Shown piece by piece: positions 11,905 through 19,961 of a stretch of DNA of 19,961 bases. The position numbers were made by a program, and so were the translations under genes. Numbering within the stretch: the first letter of the stretch is position 1; each line of letters begins with the position of its first letter. Location: the NCBI GenBank assembly GCA_965222155.1, contig CBDCTH010000011.1:1-19961 (forward strand), read 5' to 3'. The notes under the pieces were generated by a model. That model saw only the letters and a program-made list of their open reading frames with translations. It did no database searches and was not told the origin of the DNA. Source of the DNA: Gammaproteobacteria bacterium (GTDB lineage Bacteria > Pseudomonadota > Gammaproteobacteria > Eutrophobiales > Eutrophobiaceae).

Positions 11905-12915
11905 CTAGCGCTGACCGGCAAACCCGGGGATGACGGCTTCTGCGTATCTGGCAATGATCTCTTCTTCATTGCCGTTGTCCAGGTAGATGTTGAATTGTGT
12001 TATCCCTGCCTTTTCCAGTTCCCTCAATTTGGCAACATGGTCGGCAGGACTGCCTAATACACAGAAGCTCCTGACGATGTCAGGGGTAATGAAGTCCAGG
12101 AAAGGGTTATCACTCCGGCCATGTTTTTTATAATCATAGCCACGCCGTTTTTCAATATAAGCGGTCAGACTGCCCGGCACTTCCCCGGTATTTGCGCCAT
12201 ACTTCTCAACAATATCGGCAACGTGGTTGCCTACCATGGCGGGGAACCACCTAGTCGCTTCAACGCATTCATCCAGTGAGCCAAAATAAGCCGGCGCAGC
12301 AGACATGACCCTGAAGGCCGACATATCCCGTCCGGCAGCCTTGCCGGCTGTCCGGCACTGCTCTACAAACCAGGATATCAGTGCCGGTTCCGCTATCTGC
12401 AGGATTACCCCATCACCATGCCTGCCCGCTGTTGCCAAAGCTTTTGGACCATAAGCGGCTATCCATACCGGGAGATCATAGCTGGCAGCCCAGTCGAACT
12501 GGACGGGTTCCGGACATTCTTCATAAGTCACCTCCTCACCACGGGCCAGGGCTTTCACCTTTTGCGCAAATTCAGTCAGACGGCTCAGGCCGGCAGGTTT
12601 TTTACCCATTACCCGCATGGAACTGTCACCCCGACCCAGGCCTATATCAAACCGGCCGCCACTTTGCAGGGCCAGACTTGAAAACATGCTGGCCGCCACG
12701 GACCAGTCCCTGACGTTCGGATTGGTGACACAAGGACCGAAGCGCATGTTTTTCGTGTATTCCATACACATGGCGATAGCGGCATAACAATCGCGCCAGA
12801 GGATATGTGAGTCATAAAACCAGCAATAACTGAACCCGCCTGTTTCCGCCTGGCGCACCAGGTAACGCGCCCGGTCCGGGCTGACGGAACCCTTGAAGCA
12901 AATACCGAATTCCAC
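11905..12915 (-). CDS. LLM-class (luciferase-like/Mer-like) oxidoreductase, TIGR03842/CPS_4043-like
   Basis: WFYDSHILW, GPCVTNP..RD, GLGRGDS, VWIAAYGPKAL, RWFPAMVGNHVADIV and GYDY..HGRSDNP..DF match my recollection of the CPS_4043-type family. GTG start with SD AAGGAGG 8 nt upstream. Confidence 0.82.
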   Translation of the reverse strand: MEFGICFKGSVSPDRARYLVRQAETGGFSYCWFYDSHILWRDCYAAIAMCMEYTKNMRFGPCVTNPNVRDWSVAASMFSSLALQSGGRFDIGLGRGDSSMRVMGKKPAGLSRLTEFAQKVKALARGEEVTYEECPEPVQFDWAASYDLPVWIAAYGPKALATAGRHGDGVILQIAEPALISWFVEQCRTAGKAAGRDMSAFRVMSAAPAYFGSLDECVEATRWFPAMVGNHVADIVEKYGANTGEVPGSLTAYIEKRRGYDYKKHGRSDNPFLDFITPDIVRSFCVLGSPADHVAKLRELEKAGITQFNIYLDNGNEEEIIARYAEAVIPGFAGQR

Positions 12916-12994
12916 TTACATTCCCTCCTTTAAACTGAAAACCACGTTATAACTAAAGCCAGTATCGTTAAGGCCGTTTGAGTAACATTAACAA

Positions 12995-13084
12995 TGTCAC
13001 TTCTCAACCCCTCGACAGCCATTCCTGCGAAAGCAGGAATCCAGCGTAAGTAACAAAACAGTGATACTGTCACTTCTCAACCCC
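12995..13084. repeat. 17-bp direct repeats flanking a REP-like hairpin
   Basis: TGTCACTTCTCAACCCC occurs at 12995-13011 and 13068-13084. Between them is the perfect hairpin ATTCCTGC-GAAA-GCAGGAAT (13021-13040). Confidence 0.75.
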
Positions 13085-13102
13085 CCTGAAAATCCATGTG
13101 AC

Positions 13103-14598
13103 TCAATGTCTGCCAATGGATTGAACCCTCATCAACAAATAATAGATAAACCCGGCCAGCAATGCCCCCACAAACCAGGCATAGTGATACAAGCTGGTAA
13201 AAAAAGACGGTAAATCGCCTGTCACACCGATAGCATTTAAAAACCCGGGGGCAGTGGGCGCAATGCCCAGGCACAAGGCTATCACCGCATTCATATTCCA
13301 GCCCTTTTTATAGCTGTATGCTCCCTGCTCCCGATAAAGCTCAGCGGTTTCCAGGCGGCATTTCCTCACAAAGAAATAATCCGTGATCATGATGCCGGCA
13401 ATGGGTCCCAGCAGGGATGAATAACCGATAAGCCAGATAAACAGGTATGCGCCGGCAGATTCCAGCAGTTTCCACGGCATGATTGCAATGCCTATCCCGG
13501 CGGTGATATATCCCCCCAACCTGAATGAAATCCTCCCCGGCGCCAGGTTGGAAAAACCGTTGGCAGGCGCAACGACGTTTGCGGCCAGGTTTGTGGTTAA
13601 CGTGGCAATCGTCAGTGCAATCAGTCCCAGGATGACCCCGGCTCCGTCAAGCCGTCCCGCCAGGACAACCGGGTCCCAGATCGCTTCTCCAAAAATGATT
13701 ACGGTCGCCGAGGTAACAAACACACTGACAAGAGCCAGTATCGCCATAGGGACAGGCAAACCTATTCCCTGGCCGAGCAACTGGTCGCGCTGGTTGCGCG
13801 CATAACGGGTGAAATCCGAAATATTGAGTGACATGGTTGCCCAGAAGCCCACCATCGCCGTCAAGCCGGGCCAGAATACCTGCCAGAATTCTCCCTCCCG
13901 TACCCCACCGGACACGAACGCCGAAGGTCTTGACAACATGTCGCCAAAACCTCCGGCGCGTACATACGCCCAGGCCAGTAGAGCAAACGCGGCCAGTAAC
14001 AAAAAAGGCGCTGCCAGGGTCTCCAGCCAGCGGATGGCCTCCGTCCCTTTCTCTATAAAGACAAGTTGTAATGCCCAGAATGCCAGGAAACACAGTAACT
14101 GGGCAAAGTCGATATCAATAAACGGGATAGCCGATCCGGTGAAAGCATCCGCGCTCATTGCATTGAGTATCTGGTAGATGGCAAAGCCCCCTACCCAGGT
14201 CTGGATGCCGAACCAGCCGCAGGCGACCAGGCCGCGCAGCATGGCCGGCAGTCTGGCCCCAATCGTACCGAAGGAAGCGCGTAACAAAACGGGAAACGGC
14301 ACACCATATTTTGTACCGGCATGACCGTTCAACATCATCGGGATCATGATGATGAGATTGCCCAGAAATATCGTCAATACCGCCTGCCACCAGGCCATGC
14401 CCTGCTGCATCAGGCCGGAAGCCAGTAGATAAGCCGGAACGGAAACAACCATGCCGAACCAAAGCGCCGAGATATTGTCCAGCTCCAGGTCCTCTGTTTC
14501 TCCCCCGCCGGGGCGAGGTCCTCGTTCCATAGGGAATTCTCCGGATTCACCCGGATATCCGGCTTCTGATGAGGCATTTGAACAGCAGTTGCATTCAT
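13103..14598 (-). pseudogene. NCS1-family nucleobase:cation symporter with a 1-nt frameshift near 14478 (pseudogene or sequence error)
   Basis: The conserved N-terminus SLWNEDLAPAGEKQRTWSW is in ORF 14410..14598. The continuation NISALWFGMVVSVP, GTKYGVPFPVLLRASFG, CGWFGIQTW, SLNISDFTRYA, NLAANVVAP and PWKL is in ORF 13103..14530. Adding one base gives about 498 aa. Confidence 0.8.
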
Positions 14599-14605
14599 GA
14601 GGATT

Positions 14606-15841
14606 TCAGGGCTGACGCTTCACCGGCAGGCCCACCAACCCGCGACTCTGGACGCCGGTTTTCCATTCAAGCCGGTCTGCGCTCACAGCCGGTTCCAATC
14701 CGGGAAGACGCCGTAATATTGTGTTAAACATGATCTCCATATTCTGGCGCGCCAGGTGATTACCCAGGCAATGGTGAACACCGCCACCAAACGCCAGGTG
14801 ACGATTCGGGTCGCGCCGAATATCAAATGCATCCGGCTCATCAAAACAGGCGCTGTCCCGATTGGCTGAAGCGTACAGAAAGCCCAGCTTTGCGCCTTTT
14901 TCAAACACGTATCCCCGGTATTTCATATCTTCCAGCGCATACCGGTGAAAATAGGGCAAGGGCGGTTCATAGCGAAACATTTCCTGTACCGCGGTATGAA
15001 TCAGCCCGGGGTCTGCCTTCAGCGCGGCCATCTGCTCCGGGTGTTGAAACAAGGCCAGCATACCGTTTCCCAGCGCATCAATCGTTGAACCGTGTCCCGC
15101 CATGAGAATAGTCATGGCGGTCGAAACCAGTTCATCATGATTCAGGCAATCGCTGCCATCCCGCCATGCGATCATTTCTGAAATCAGGTCAGAGCCCGGC
15201 TGTTCCCGACGCATTGCCGTCATTTCAGTCATGTAAGCCACAAACTCCGTCGTAGCCCGCTCCGCCAGTTCCCTGTGCGCTTCGGTCCGTTCAGGTTCAA
15301 AAAACTGGACGATATCTTCCGACCATGTGCGTAACCGGGAACGGTCCGGTTCCGGTACGCCCAGCATTTCCCCTATGACAAATCCCGGTACGGGGGCAAC
15401 CAGGTCTTCCATGAAATCGAACTCTTTTTCCGCTTCAATGGTGTCGATTTTACGGTTGACTAAAGCCTGGATAAAGCTCTGCATCTGATTGATCCGCGCA
15501 GGAGTGAAAAGCCTGAATACCGCCTTCCTTAACCGGCTGTGCAGTTCCCCTTCACTGTCAATAATCGACACCTTCACATAACGGCTGTGGGCCGGCGCCG
15601 CCTCCCAGTTCTGTCTTTCACGATATGCGGCAATCTCCTCGCAGGTCATGACATGATCCATGGTCCTGCCCAGACGTTCATCCATAACCAGTGTTTTAAT
15701 ATCATCATACCGGGAGAACAGCCAGACTTTCCAGTCCTCGTGATAACGGACGGGACATTCCTCTCGCATACGCGCATAGACGGAATAAGGGTCCCGGGCA
15801 AATTCTGTTGAATAGGGTTCAAAACTGAAAAGATGGTTCAT
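14606..15841 (-). CDS. Cytochrome P450
   Basis: Heme motif HLAFGGGVHHCLG, K-helix EMFR (ExxR), SANRD, FDEPDAFDIRR and N-terminal FARDPYSVYARMRE. Start is uncertain: ATG 15841 has AGGA upstream; ATG 15850 and GTG 15883 are in frame. Confidence 0.93.
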   Translation of the reverse strand: MNHLFSFEPYSTEFARDPYSVYARMREECPVRYHEDWKVWLFSRYDDIKTLVMDERLGRTMDHVMTCEEIAAYRERQNWEAAPAHSRYVKVSIIDSEGELHSRLRKAVFRLFTPARINQMQSFIQALVNRKIDTIEAEKEFDFMEDLVAPVPGFVIGEMLGVPEPDRSRLRTWSEDIVQFFEPERTEAHRELAERATTEFVAYMTEMTAMRREQPGSDLISEMIAWRDGSDCLNHDELVSTAMTILMAGHGSTIDALGNGMLALFQHPEQMAALKADPGLIHTAVQEMFRYEPPLPYFHRYALEDMKYRGYVFEKGAKLGFLYASANRDSACFDEPDAFDIRRDPNRHLAFGGGVHHCLGNHLARQNMEIMFNTILRRLPGLEPAVSADRLEWKTGVQSRGLVGLPVKRQP

Positions 15842-15996
15842 TATCGGCATCCTGTATTCAGGTATTACCTTTGACAGCTTCACAATGCTTTATAACGGGC
15901 ATGATTAACGCTACGTTACTGAATAAGCGGCCCCATTTTCAGTTCGTGTTCCAATTGCCTTATATGGCGAATGAACAGGTATTGTAAGACATCCTG

Positions 15997-16026
15997 AACA
16001 GAAAGGGGCGCGCAGCGCGCCCCTTT
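15997..16026 (-). terminator. Probable intrinsic terminator downstream of the TonB-dependent receptor
   Basis: Perfect 11-bp stem AAAGGGGCGCG-(3 nt)-CGCGCCCCTTT at 16002-16026. On the minus strand it ends in TTTCTGTT. It starts about 25 nt after the TBDR stop. Confidence 0.7.
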
Positions 16027-16051
16027 ACCCGGTTATTGATCGGCACAGGGT

Positions 16052-18250
16052 TTAATCGGCGCCGAATGTCTTGGAAAAACGCACTCCGAATTCACTCCGG
16101 TCATTACTGCGGATGGTAATGGAAAAAGGATTGCCGAAAGTGCCGGATGCATTATCGTAGACTTCGTTCAGGACGTTCTCTCCGTAGATTGCAACGTGCC
16201 AACTGGGGTTGTCGGGTTGATAACGGATATTAAAATCCAGCAGTTCGCGGCTCTCGACCAGGTTCAAAGGATTGTTGTTCGCTTCACCGTACATCTCACC
16301 CCGGTAATTGTAATTAAGGCGAAATGCGAGAGAACCGCCGCTGTTCATGGGTACCACGAACTCTGGTGATATCGAAAACGTCCAGTCCGGCGTCAATTGC
16401 GGAACACCGCCTTCAACGGTCCCTATTACGGCCGGGTCAACTTCGGTAAATTCCGAATCCATGTAACCGACGGCGGTCTGCACACTGAAATTCTCATCCA
16501 CCTGTAATTTGCCTTCAAACTCCACTCCCCAAGTGCGCGATTCACCGGCATTTTCAGTGATGGTCAGAAATCCGAAATCCGGATCGAAACGATTGGTCTG
16601 CAACTGCAGGTCGGTATAATCCGTCCAGAATATGGTCGTCGCCAGGCGCAAACGGTCGAACAGGACACCTTTTATTCCTCCTTCATAGTTCAGGGCAAAT
16701 TGCGGGTCAAAGGAGACGAACGTCGCATCGCCACCGAACGGCCGGGCCGGGAACCCGCCGCTTTGATATCCGCGGGAGATCGCTACGTAAAAATTCAAAT
16801 CATCATTGATGGAATAAGTGGCAGACGCATCCCAGGTCACTTCCGTCCAGTCTTCCGAGCGCGGCACCGGGATGGCCGGCTGGAACAGCGCCGCCACCCC
16901 GGCGGCATCCTTACTGTCATCGCTGACGCGCACACCACCGCCTATCACAAGGGTATCAGTCAGTGAATAATCCACCGAACCAAACAGGGCCCAGCTCTCA
17001 ACATCCTGGGAGACATTGATCTCGCCGTCGGTGACAAACGGAGGGAAGATTTCGAATGGCCGGGATACCGTCTCACCGTCTTCGGTATAATAATAGGCGC
17101 CAGTGACAAAATTCCAGGAAGCAAAATCACCACTGAATTGTATTTCAGCAGAGTACTGGTCAGCCTCACCCCGTTCCGGAAAGACAATTGCGCCAAGGCT
17201 GTCCTGCTGATCCGTACCGCCTGTGTATTCGCTGAAACGATAACTGCCGATAAACTTTGCGGAATAGACATTCGTAATACTCCAGTCCGCGCTGGCAGAA
17301 ACACCATAGGCCTGACTGGTCTGTTTCGCGATGTTGTCTGCCGGCGAGGCATTATCATCGGGGTCGGGGGCAAACAGGCTGCCGGGCAAACCATTGGGAA
17401 ATTGCCCCGGGGGCGCATTAAAATAGGTTGGGGACTGGCCGTGGGCGCTATCGGAGAAATCCGCGGTCAGCAATAGGGAAAAATCATCAGAAGGGGTGAA
17501 ATTGAACATGGCGCGCAGCGCGGCTTCACGAATCTGGCCCAGTTCAACTTCCGTATTCGGCTGATTGATAAATTCTCCTACGCCATTGCGCCGGTTATAC
17601 AATCCGGTAATTGAGGCGGACAGGTTGTCCGATAACGCGGTAGTACCGTAAAAATCGAATTTCCCGCGCGCTCGGGTACCCCCTTGTACGGTCAGTGTTG
17701 CCTCATCCTCTCCCCCGGGCTTCTTTGTTATCACGTTGATTGCGCCGCCTATCGAATTGCGCCCGTATAACGTACCCTGGGGGCCGCGCGCCACTTCAAC
17801 CCGCTCGATATTGGACAGGCTCAGGTTTGAACCGACCTGGCGACCCAGGTAAACGCCATCAAGATACAGGCCCACCGCCGAATCAACCGTAATGATATGG
17901 TCCTGAGTGCCGACGCCGCGCATGAACACGCTGGTATGATTCTGGTTGCCGTTGCCGAAATTTCCGATAAACAGGTTGGGCACGTTCTTACCCACGTCAT
18001 ACAGGTCGCCCATATTCAGGTTGGCGAAATCCTCCTCGGTAAAAGCAGTCAATGCAACAGGTATATCCTCGAGGCTCTCTTCCCGTTTTCTTGCCGTCAC
18101 GACAATTTCCTCAAAAACACTTGCGCCACTGCCTGCATCCTGGGCAAAGGCAATGTTTGTGTTCACCAGAAAAAACGATGCACATAAAAACAGACTGGTT
18201 ATACGAAGGCACCATTCAGTGCCGACAGTAAAGATGTTGACTTTAGCCAT
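16052..18250 (-). CDS. TonB-dependent outer-membrane receptor
   Basis: Signal peptide ending AFA/QD, TonB-box region EEIVVTARKREESLEDIPVALTAF, plug motif IERVEVARGPQGTLYGRNSIGGAINVIT, and C-terminal YGENVLNEVY...FGVRFSKTF. ATG 18250 has GGGGG 8 nt upstream; GTG 18256 is the alternative. Confidence 0.93.
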   Translation of the reverse strand: MAKVNIFTVGTEWCLRITSLFLCASFFLVNTNIAFAQDAGSGASVFEEIVVTARKREESLEDIPVALTAFTEEDFANLNMGDLYDVGKNVPNLFIGNFGNGNQNHTSVFMRGVGTQDHIITVDSAVGLYLDGVYLGRQVGSNLSLSNIERVEVARGPQGTLYGRNSIGGAINVITKKPGGEDEATLTVQGGTRARGKFDFYGTTALSDNLSASITGLYNRRNGVGEFINQPNTEVELGQIREAALRAMFNFTPSDDFSLLLTADFSDSAHGQSPTYFNAPPGQFPNGLPGSLFAPDPDDNASPADNIAKQTSQAYGVSASADWSITNVYSAKFIGSYRFSEYTGGTDQQDSLGAIVFPERGEADQYSAEIQFSGDFASWNFVTGAYYYTEDGETVSRPFEIFPPFVTDGEINVSQDVESWALFGSVDYSLTDTLVIGGGVRVSDDSKDAAGVAALFQPAIPVPRSEDWTEVTWDASATYSINDDLNFYVAISRGYQSGGFPARPFGGDATFVSFDPQFALNYEGGIKGVLFDRLRLATTIFWTDYTDLQLQTNRFDPDFGFLTITENAGESRTWGVEFEGKLQVDENFSVQTAVGYMDSEFTEVDPAVIGTVEGGVPQLTPDWTFSISPEFVVPMNSGGSLAFRLNYNYRGEMYGEANNNPLNLVESRELLDFNIRYQPDNPSWHVAIYGENVLNEVYDNASGTFGNPFSITIRSNDRSEFGVRFSKTFGAD

Positions 18251-18350
18251 TTCCACTACCCCCTATACGCTACGTATTTGAAGCCGGATTCTGTACAAGA
18301 TCGCCGGTAGCCGCCGTATTATCCCGGTACGGAGTACGGGCAGCAGGGTA

Positions 18351-18379
18351 ATGATTCCATTTTCTGACCATAGAGTCAA
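18351..18379 (-). promoter_or_regulatory. Candidate TBDR promoter with overlapping RutR-like operator (18364-18379)
   Basis: Minus strand TTGACT, 17-nt spacer ending TGG, AATCAT (extended -10 like). TTGACTCTATGGTCAG matches TTGACCAnnTGGTCAA at 11/14 positions and covers the -35. Confidence 0.6.
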
Positions 18380-18398
18380 AAAAATATTTATCATTTAA

Positions 18399-19712
18399 TC
18401 AAAATATTTTTTTGATGACCGGTTTTGTCAGAGGTTTTTCTTCGCTAAGCACAAACGCCTGTTGTAATAAATGACGCGCCAGGTCGGCATCGCTGTCATC
18501 CCGTACATGCAGGTAGGCTATTGGAGTATGTGGGTCAATACGGGCGCCAATTCCCGCGATATCCGTCAACCCGACACTGTGATCAATGCTGTCTTCAACC
18601 CGCTTTCTGCCCCCGCCCAGTGCCACGATCACATTTCCGGCCTGGCGTACGTCAATATCGGCGAGGTAACCCTCTCCATCGAGAAAGACAGGTTTGATAA
18701 CCGGGCTGGGCGGCAGATAACGATCGATTCGTTCAATAAGATCAGGAGGACCTCCCATGGCCGTGGTCATTTCCATAAAGACCCGGGTCGCCTGCCCTTG
18801 ATCCAATGCGGATTGTAATAATTTCCCCGCTGCATGGCGGTCTTCCCCGATACCGGCCAATGCCAGCATATCGGTCGCCAGGGTGAGAACGACTTCGTGC
18901 AGGCGAGGGTCACGATAAGCGCCTGTCAGATAATTGATGGTCTCGCGTACTTCAAGGGCATTACCGGCGTTGCGTCCCAGGACTTCCGACATATCGGTGA
19001 TTACGGCCCTGACGGGCAGGCCGATTTCAGCCGCAGTATTGATAATGGTATCAGCCAGCGCATCAGCGGCTGTTTCAGTTTCCATAAAAGCGCCGCTACC
19101 TGTTTTGATATCCATGACCAGGCCGTCCAGGCCGGCTGAAACTTTTTTGGATAATATCGACGCGGTAATCAGTGGAACGGACTCGACGGTTGCCGTGACG
19201 TCACGTATTGAATAGAAACGCCGGTCTGCAGGGGCGAGTTCAGCCGTCTGGCCGATGATCGCACAGCCCACCGACCTGACCGTTCGTTTGAAGACATCAA
19301 GGCCCGGGGCGGTATCATAGCCGGGGATACTGTCCAGCTTGTCGAGGGTGCCGCCGGTATGCCCCAGACCACGTCCGGAAATCATGGGTATATAAGCGCC
19401 GCACGCGGCCACTAGAGGCGCCAGAATTAAACTGACCTTATCGCCCACGCCACCCGTTGAATGTTTATCGACGACCAGCCCGTCGATACCTTCAGCGGCC
19501 CAGTCAAGCACACTACCTGAATTTACCATAGCCCTGGTCAGTTCAGCGGTTTCGGCAAAATTCATGGATTGAAAACAGATGGCCATGGCCAGGGCTGATA
19601 TTTGCTCGGATGCAATTGAGCCGTCTGCCAGACCGTTGACGAAGAAGCTTATCTCAGCAGGCGTAAGCGCCTCTCCGATTCTTTTTTTCCTGATAATTTC
19701 CTGGGGGAGCAT
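18399..19712 (-). CDS. deoA: Thymidine phosphorylase
   Basis: MLPQEIIRKKR N-terminus, VDKHSTGGVGDKVSL, PMISGRGLGHTGGTLDKLDSIPGY, APADRRFYSIRDVTATVES, ITASILSKK and LGGGR. ATG 19712 matches the usual DeoA N-terminus; the ORF track start is 19763. Confidence 0.95.
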   Translation of the reverse strand: MLPQEIIRKKRIGEALTPAEISFFVNGLADGSIASEQISALAMAICFQSMNFAETAELTRAMVNSGSVLDWAAEGIDGLVVDKHSTGGVGDKVSLILAPLVAACGAYIPMISGRGLGHTGGTLDKLDSIPGYDTAPGLDVFKRTVRSVGCAIIGQTAELAPADRRFYSIRDVTATVESVPLITASILSKKVSAGLDGLVMDIKTGSGAFMETETAADALADTIINTAAEIGLPVRAVITDMSEVLGRNAGNALEVRETINYLTGAYRDPRLHEVVLTLATDMLALAGIGEDRHAAGKLLQSALDQGQATRVFMEMTTAMGGPPDLIERIDRYLPPSPVIKPVFLDGEGYLADIDVRQAGNVIVALGGGRKRVEDSIDHSVGLTDIAGIGARIDPHTPIAYLHVRDDSDADLARHLLQQAFVLSEEKPLTKPVIKKIF

Positions 19713-19827
19713 GCGAGCGAGTGTATCTTCGTATATTAACTTATTTTCTGATCTCCGTGGCATACCGGCCCAGCCACGCTTACGTTATACTATCACCAGA
19801 TGCTGAACCGGCAAACGGGCAAACACC

Positions 19828-19961
19828 ATGGCAACAATCAAACCAGATGATCTGATAACAAGCGTTGTGGATTCCCTGCAGTTTATATCCTACTACCATC
19901 CGCAGGATTTTATCGCAGCGGTACACAACGCCTACCAGCGGGAAGAATCCCCGGCGGCCAA
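19828..19961 (+). CDS. Class I (Fe-S) fumarate hydratase, 5' part, truncated by the window edge
   Basis: Hand translation from ATG 19828 gives MATIKPDDLITSVVDSLQFISYYHPQDFIAAVHNAYQREESPAA. This matches the N-terminus I recall for proteobacterial class I fumarases (DDLIQSVADALQFISYYHP.DFI...AY.REESPAA). Absent from the ORF track. Confidence 0.88.
   Translation, partial: MATIKPDDLITSVVDSLQFISYYHPQDFIAAVHNAYQREESPAA

Noticed and set aside
11905-12915. Calling the LLM protein RutA (pyrimidine monooxygenase)
   Set aside because: Its motifs look Mer-like/CPS_4043-type rather than RutA-like, and no rutB, rutC, rutD or rutF genes are present.
12913-12930. Start-stop ATG-TAA directly before the LLM GTG start (AAGGAGGGA-ATG-TAA-GTG)
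   Set aside because: The SD is only about 2 nt from the ATG but 8 nt from the GTG, so the minimal ORF is probably coincidental.
12995-13084. Possible mini-CRISPR array
   Set aside because: Only two 17-bp repeats, a 56-nt palindromic spacer and no cas genes.
14470-14510. Programmed -1 ribosomal frameshift in NCS1
   Set aside because: There is no X XXY YYZ slippery heptamer at the inferred junction and no evident stimulatory structure; a deletion or sequencing error is simpler.
15870-15884. CRP-like site TTTGA-N5-TCACA upstream of the P450
   Set aside because: The spacer is 5 nt rather than the required 6.

Overview
Chromosomal window, probably from a Gammaproteobacterium (inferred from the protein families). 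Housekeeping genes sit at both ends: a lipoprotein cyclophilin and acnA on the left, and the 5' end of a class I fumarase on the right, which the ORF track misses. Between them is a ~15 kb pyrimidine scavenging and catabolism locus. A RutR/PydR-type TetR regulator (followed by a TsgA-like MFS transporter) is divergent from nitrilase-type beta-ureidopropionase, dihydropyrimidinase and methylmalonate-semialdehyde dehydrogenase genes. A betaine-type ABC importer follows. A convergent minus-strand block encodes thymidine phosphorylase, a TonB-dependent receptor, a cytochrome P450 with a non-canonical I-helix, an NCS1 permease with a 1-nt frameshift, and a TIGR03842-like LLM oxidoreductase. The window has no dihydropyrimidine dehydrogenase (PreT/PreA) and no beta-alanine aminotransferase. 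RutR-like operators lie at both the catabolic promoter and the TBDR promoter. Best candidate for an undescribed system: a RutR-controlled route for importing and tailoring (possibly modified) pyrimidines, with the LLM enzyme as ring reductase and the P450 as an oxidative tailoring enzyme. All functional calls come from motif recognition by eye; no searches were run.
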